A stretch of DNA of 64,000 nucleotides from positions 989,805-1,053,804 of the forward strand of contig NMRA01000040.1 of the NCBI GenBank assembly GCA_002633005.1. Reading direction: 5' to 3'. Below are positions 62,901 through 64,000 of this stretch, one piece after another. The notes under the pieces are model-generated. The model was given only the letters and a program-made list of their open reading frames with translations. It was not told the DNA's origin and did not search any database. The first letter of the stretch is position 1, and each line of letters opens with the position of its first letter. The translations under genes and the position numbers were made by a program. Source of the DNA: Phoronis australis. Taxonomy: Eukaryota; Animalia; Phoronida.

Positions 62901-64000
62901 TATTTATATCAGGAACTGACAAACCACCATTTTCATGGTTATTTACAGCCACATTTTTTTCTTTTAGGTGGTTTATTTTGCCAAACGAAATTTTTTATCA
63001 TAGTATTTATCTTAGCTCTACATTCTCTATCAATTCCTAAATTGCTCATCACATAAATTATTTTAGACAGCGCAAATGTTTTAATTACATTGATCCTTCC
63101 TAACAATGAAATATTGCAACTTTTCCAGATGTCAAGAGACTTTTTAAAGGACTTAATTTTGAGTTCAAGATTTAAAAAATCATTTTCTTTTTTGTTATGA
63201 CTAAAAAATATTCCCAGACTCTTGATTGGTTTGCCAGTCCACTTGAAGCCATAAAGTTTTTCAGAATACTCTTTTTCTCGATCTAAATATAACCCTTCGT
63301 ATTTCTTAATATTTAGCTGGAGACCAGAGAGTATACTAAAATGTTCTAAAAATTTGAGACAATTCATGCCAGAATTTTTGTCATAAAGAAATAAGGTAGT
63401 GTCATCTGCATACTGGAGAATTTTAACTTCAGTTTTCTCAACACTTATGCCTTTAATTAAATTACACTCTGTGACTCGTATATAATTGGTCATAACTTCA
63501 ACAGCTAGGCAAAATAATGGACCCGACAATGAATCACCCTGTCTTACACCCCTTTCTAAACGAAAATAATCTGTTGTAAATCCATTATTGACAACACAAG
63601 CTATTGCTTTGGTATAGATTATTCCTACCCATCGTGTAAAACACTGTCCAAAATTAAAAGCCTTCAAAGCTTGAAGAATAAAGTCTTGTTTTATTGTATC
63701 ATACGCCTTGCAAAAGTCCAAAAATAAAATGTGTCCTTGACCATTAGTAATGCTTGTATAAGAAATTATATCCTGAATGATACGAATATTGTATCCTACA
63801 TAACGTCCTTTAACAGCTGTTTGACCTGGTTGAACCAGTTTTCCCATGATATTATTTATACGGGCTGTAAGAACTTTTGTAAGTGTTTTATAATCAGTAT
63901 TCAATAGAGATATTGGACGCCGATTATCCAAGGACTGGAGCTCGAAACCATCTTTTGACTTGGGTAGGAGCGTTATTGCTCCTTGCCTCTGTGACGTAGA
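59988..64000 (-). mobile_element. L1/Tx1-clade LINE ORF2 (RT plus C-terminal CCHC region), decayed and interrupted by a second LINE; the 5' end lies outside the window
   Basis: Motifs RPISLLNTDYK, FLDFCKAYD, RGVRQGDSLSGPLF, LQYADDTT, GGLSVPD and CASCGTVETFNHMFVEC. The reading continues at 60422-60114. AATAAA and poly(A) lie on the - strand at ~60008-59988. Confidence 0.92.
60423..62146 (+). mobile_element. 5'-truncated L1/Tx1-clade LINE with poly(A) and a 15-bp TSD
   Basis: Reading SGLTPNIDKT...LGITF...WSKRNL...GKITVVK...PLWYNP...FQFRINHR...CSFCEQHEETILHLYWEC. AATAAA at 62123 and A-tail at 62139-62146. ACATTCCACAAACAT occurs at 60408-60422 and 62147-62161. Confidence 0.95.

Overview
This is eukaryotic (metazoan) genomic DNA, AT-rich, with one assembly gap (5640-5910) and a few single Ns. 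It probably comes from a slowly evolving marine invertebrate, but the species cannot be determined from the sequence. The only host gene is the 5' part of a myosin VIIa gene on the + strand. It has nine GT-AG coding exons from 24799 to 59825 (1074 nt, 358 aa) covering the N-terminal SH3-like region and the first part of the motor domain, and it continues beyond the window. Much of the rest is transposable-element DNA, often nested. The elements are: a decayed XPG/FEN1-type nuclease gene resembling AcademX; an internally deleted Kolobok element (147-bp TIRs, TTAA TSD, convergent THAP and P2X7-ballast-like ORFs); two non-autonomous Helentron/DINE-like families, one carrying co-oriented CTCF-type motifs every ~150 bp and the other a YY1/NRF1/ETS motif cassette; two CR1/L2-group LINEs, one with a 2A-like motif; an L1/Tx1-type copy inserted into another with a 15-bp TSD; a tRNA-derived SINE; several MITEs; and minisatellites. 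There is no CRISPR array, rRNA or true tRNA gene. I see no clearly new system. The best leads are the repeat-borne CTCF-motif arrays and the Kolobok derivative. All family assignments rest on motif recognition by eye, not on database searches.
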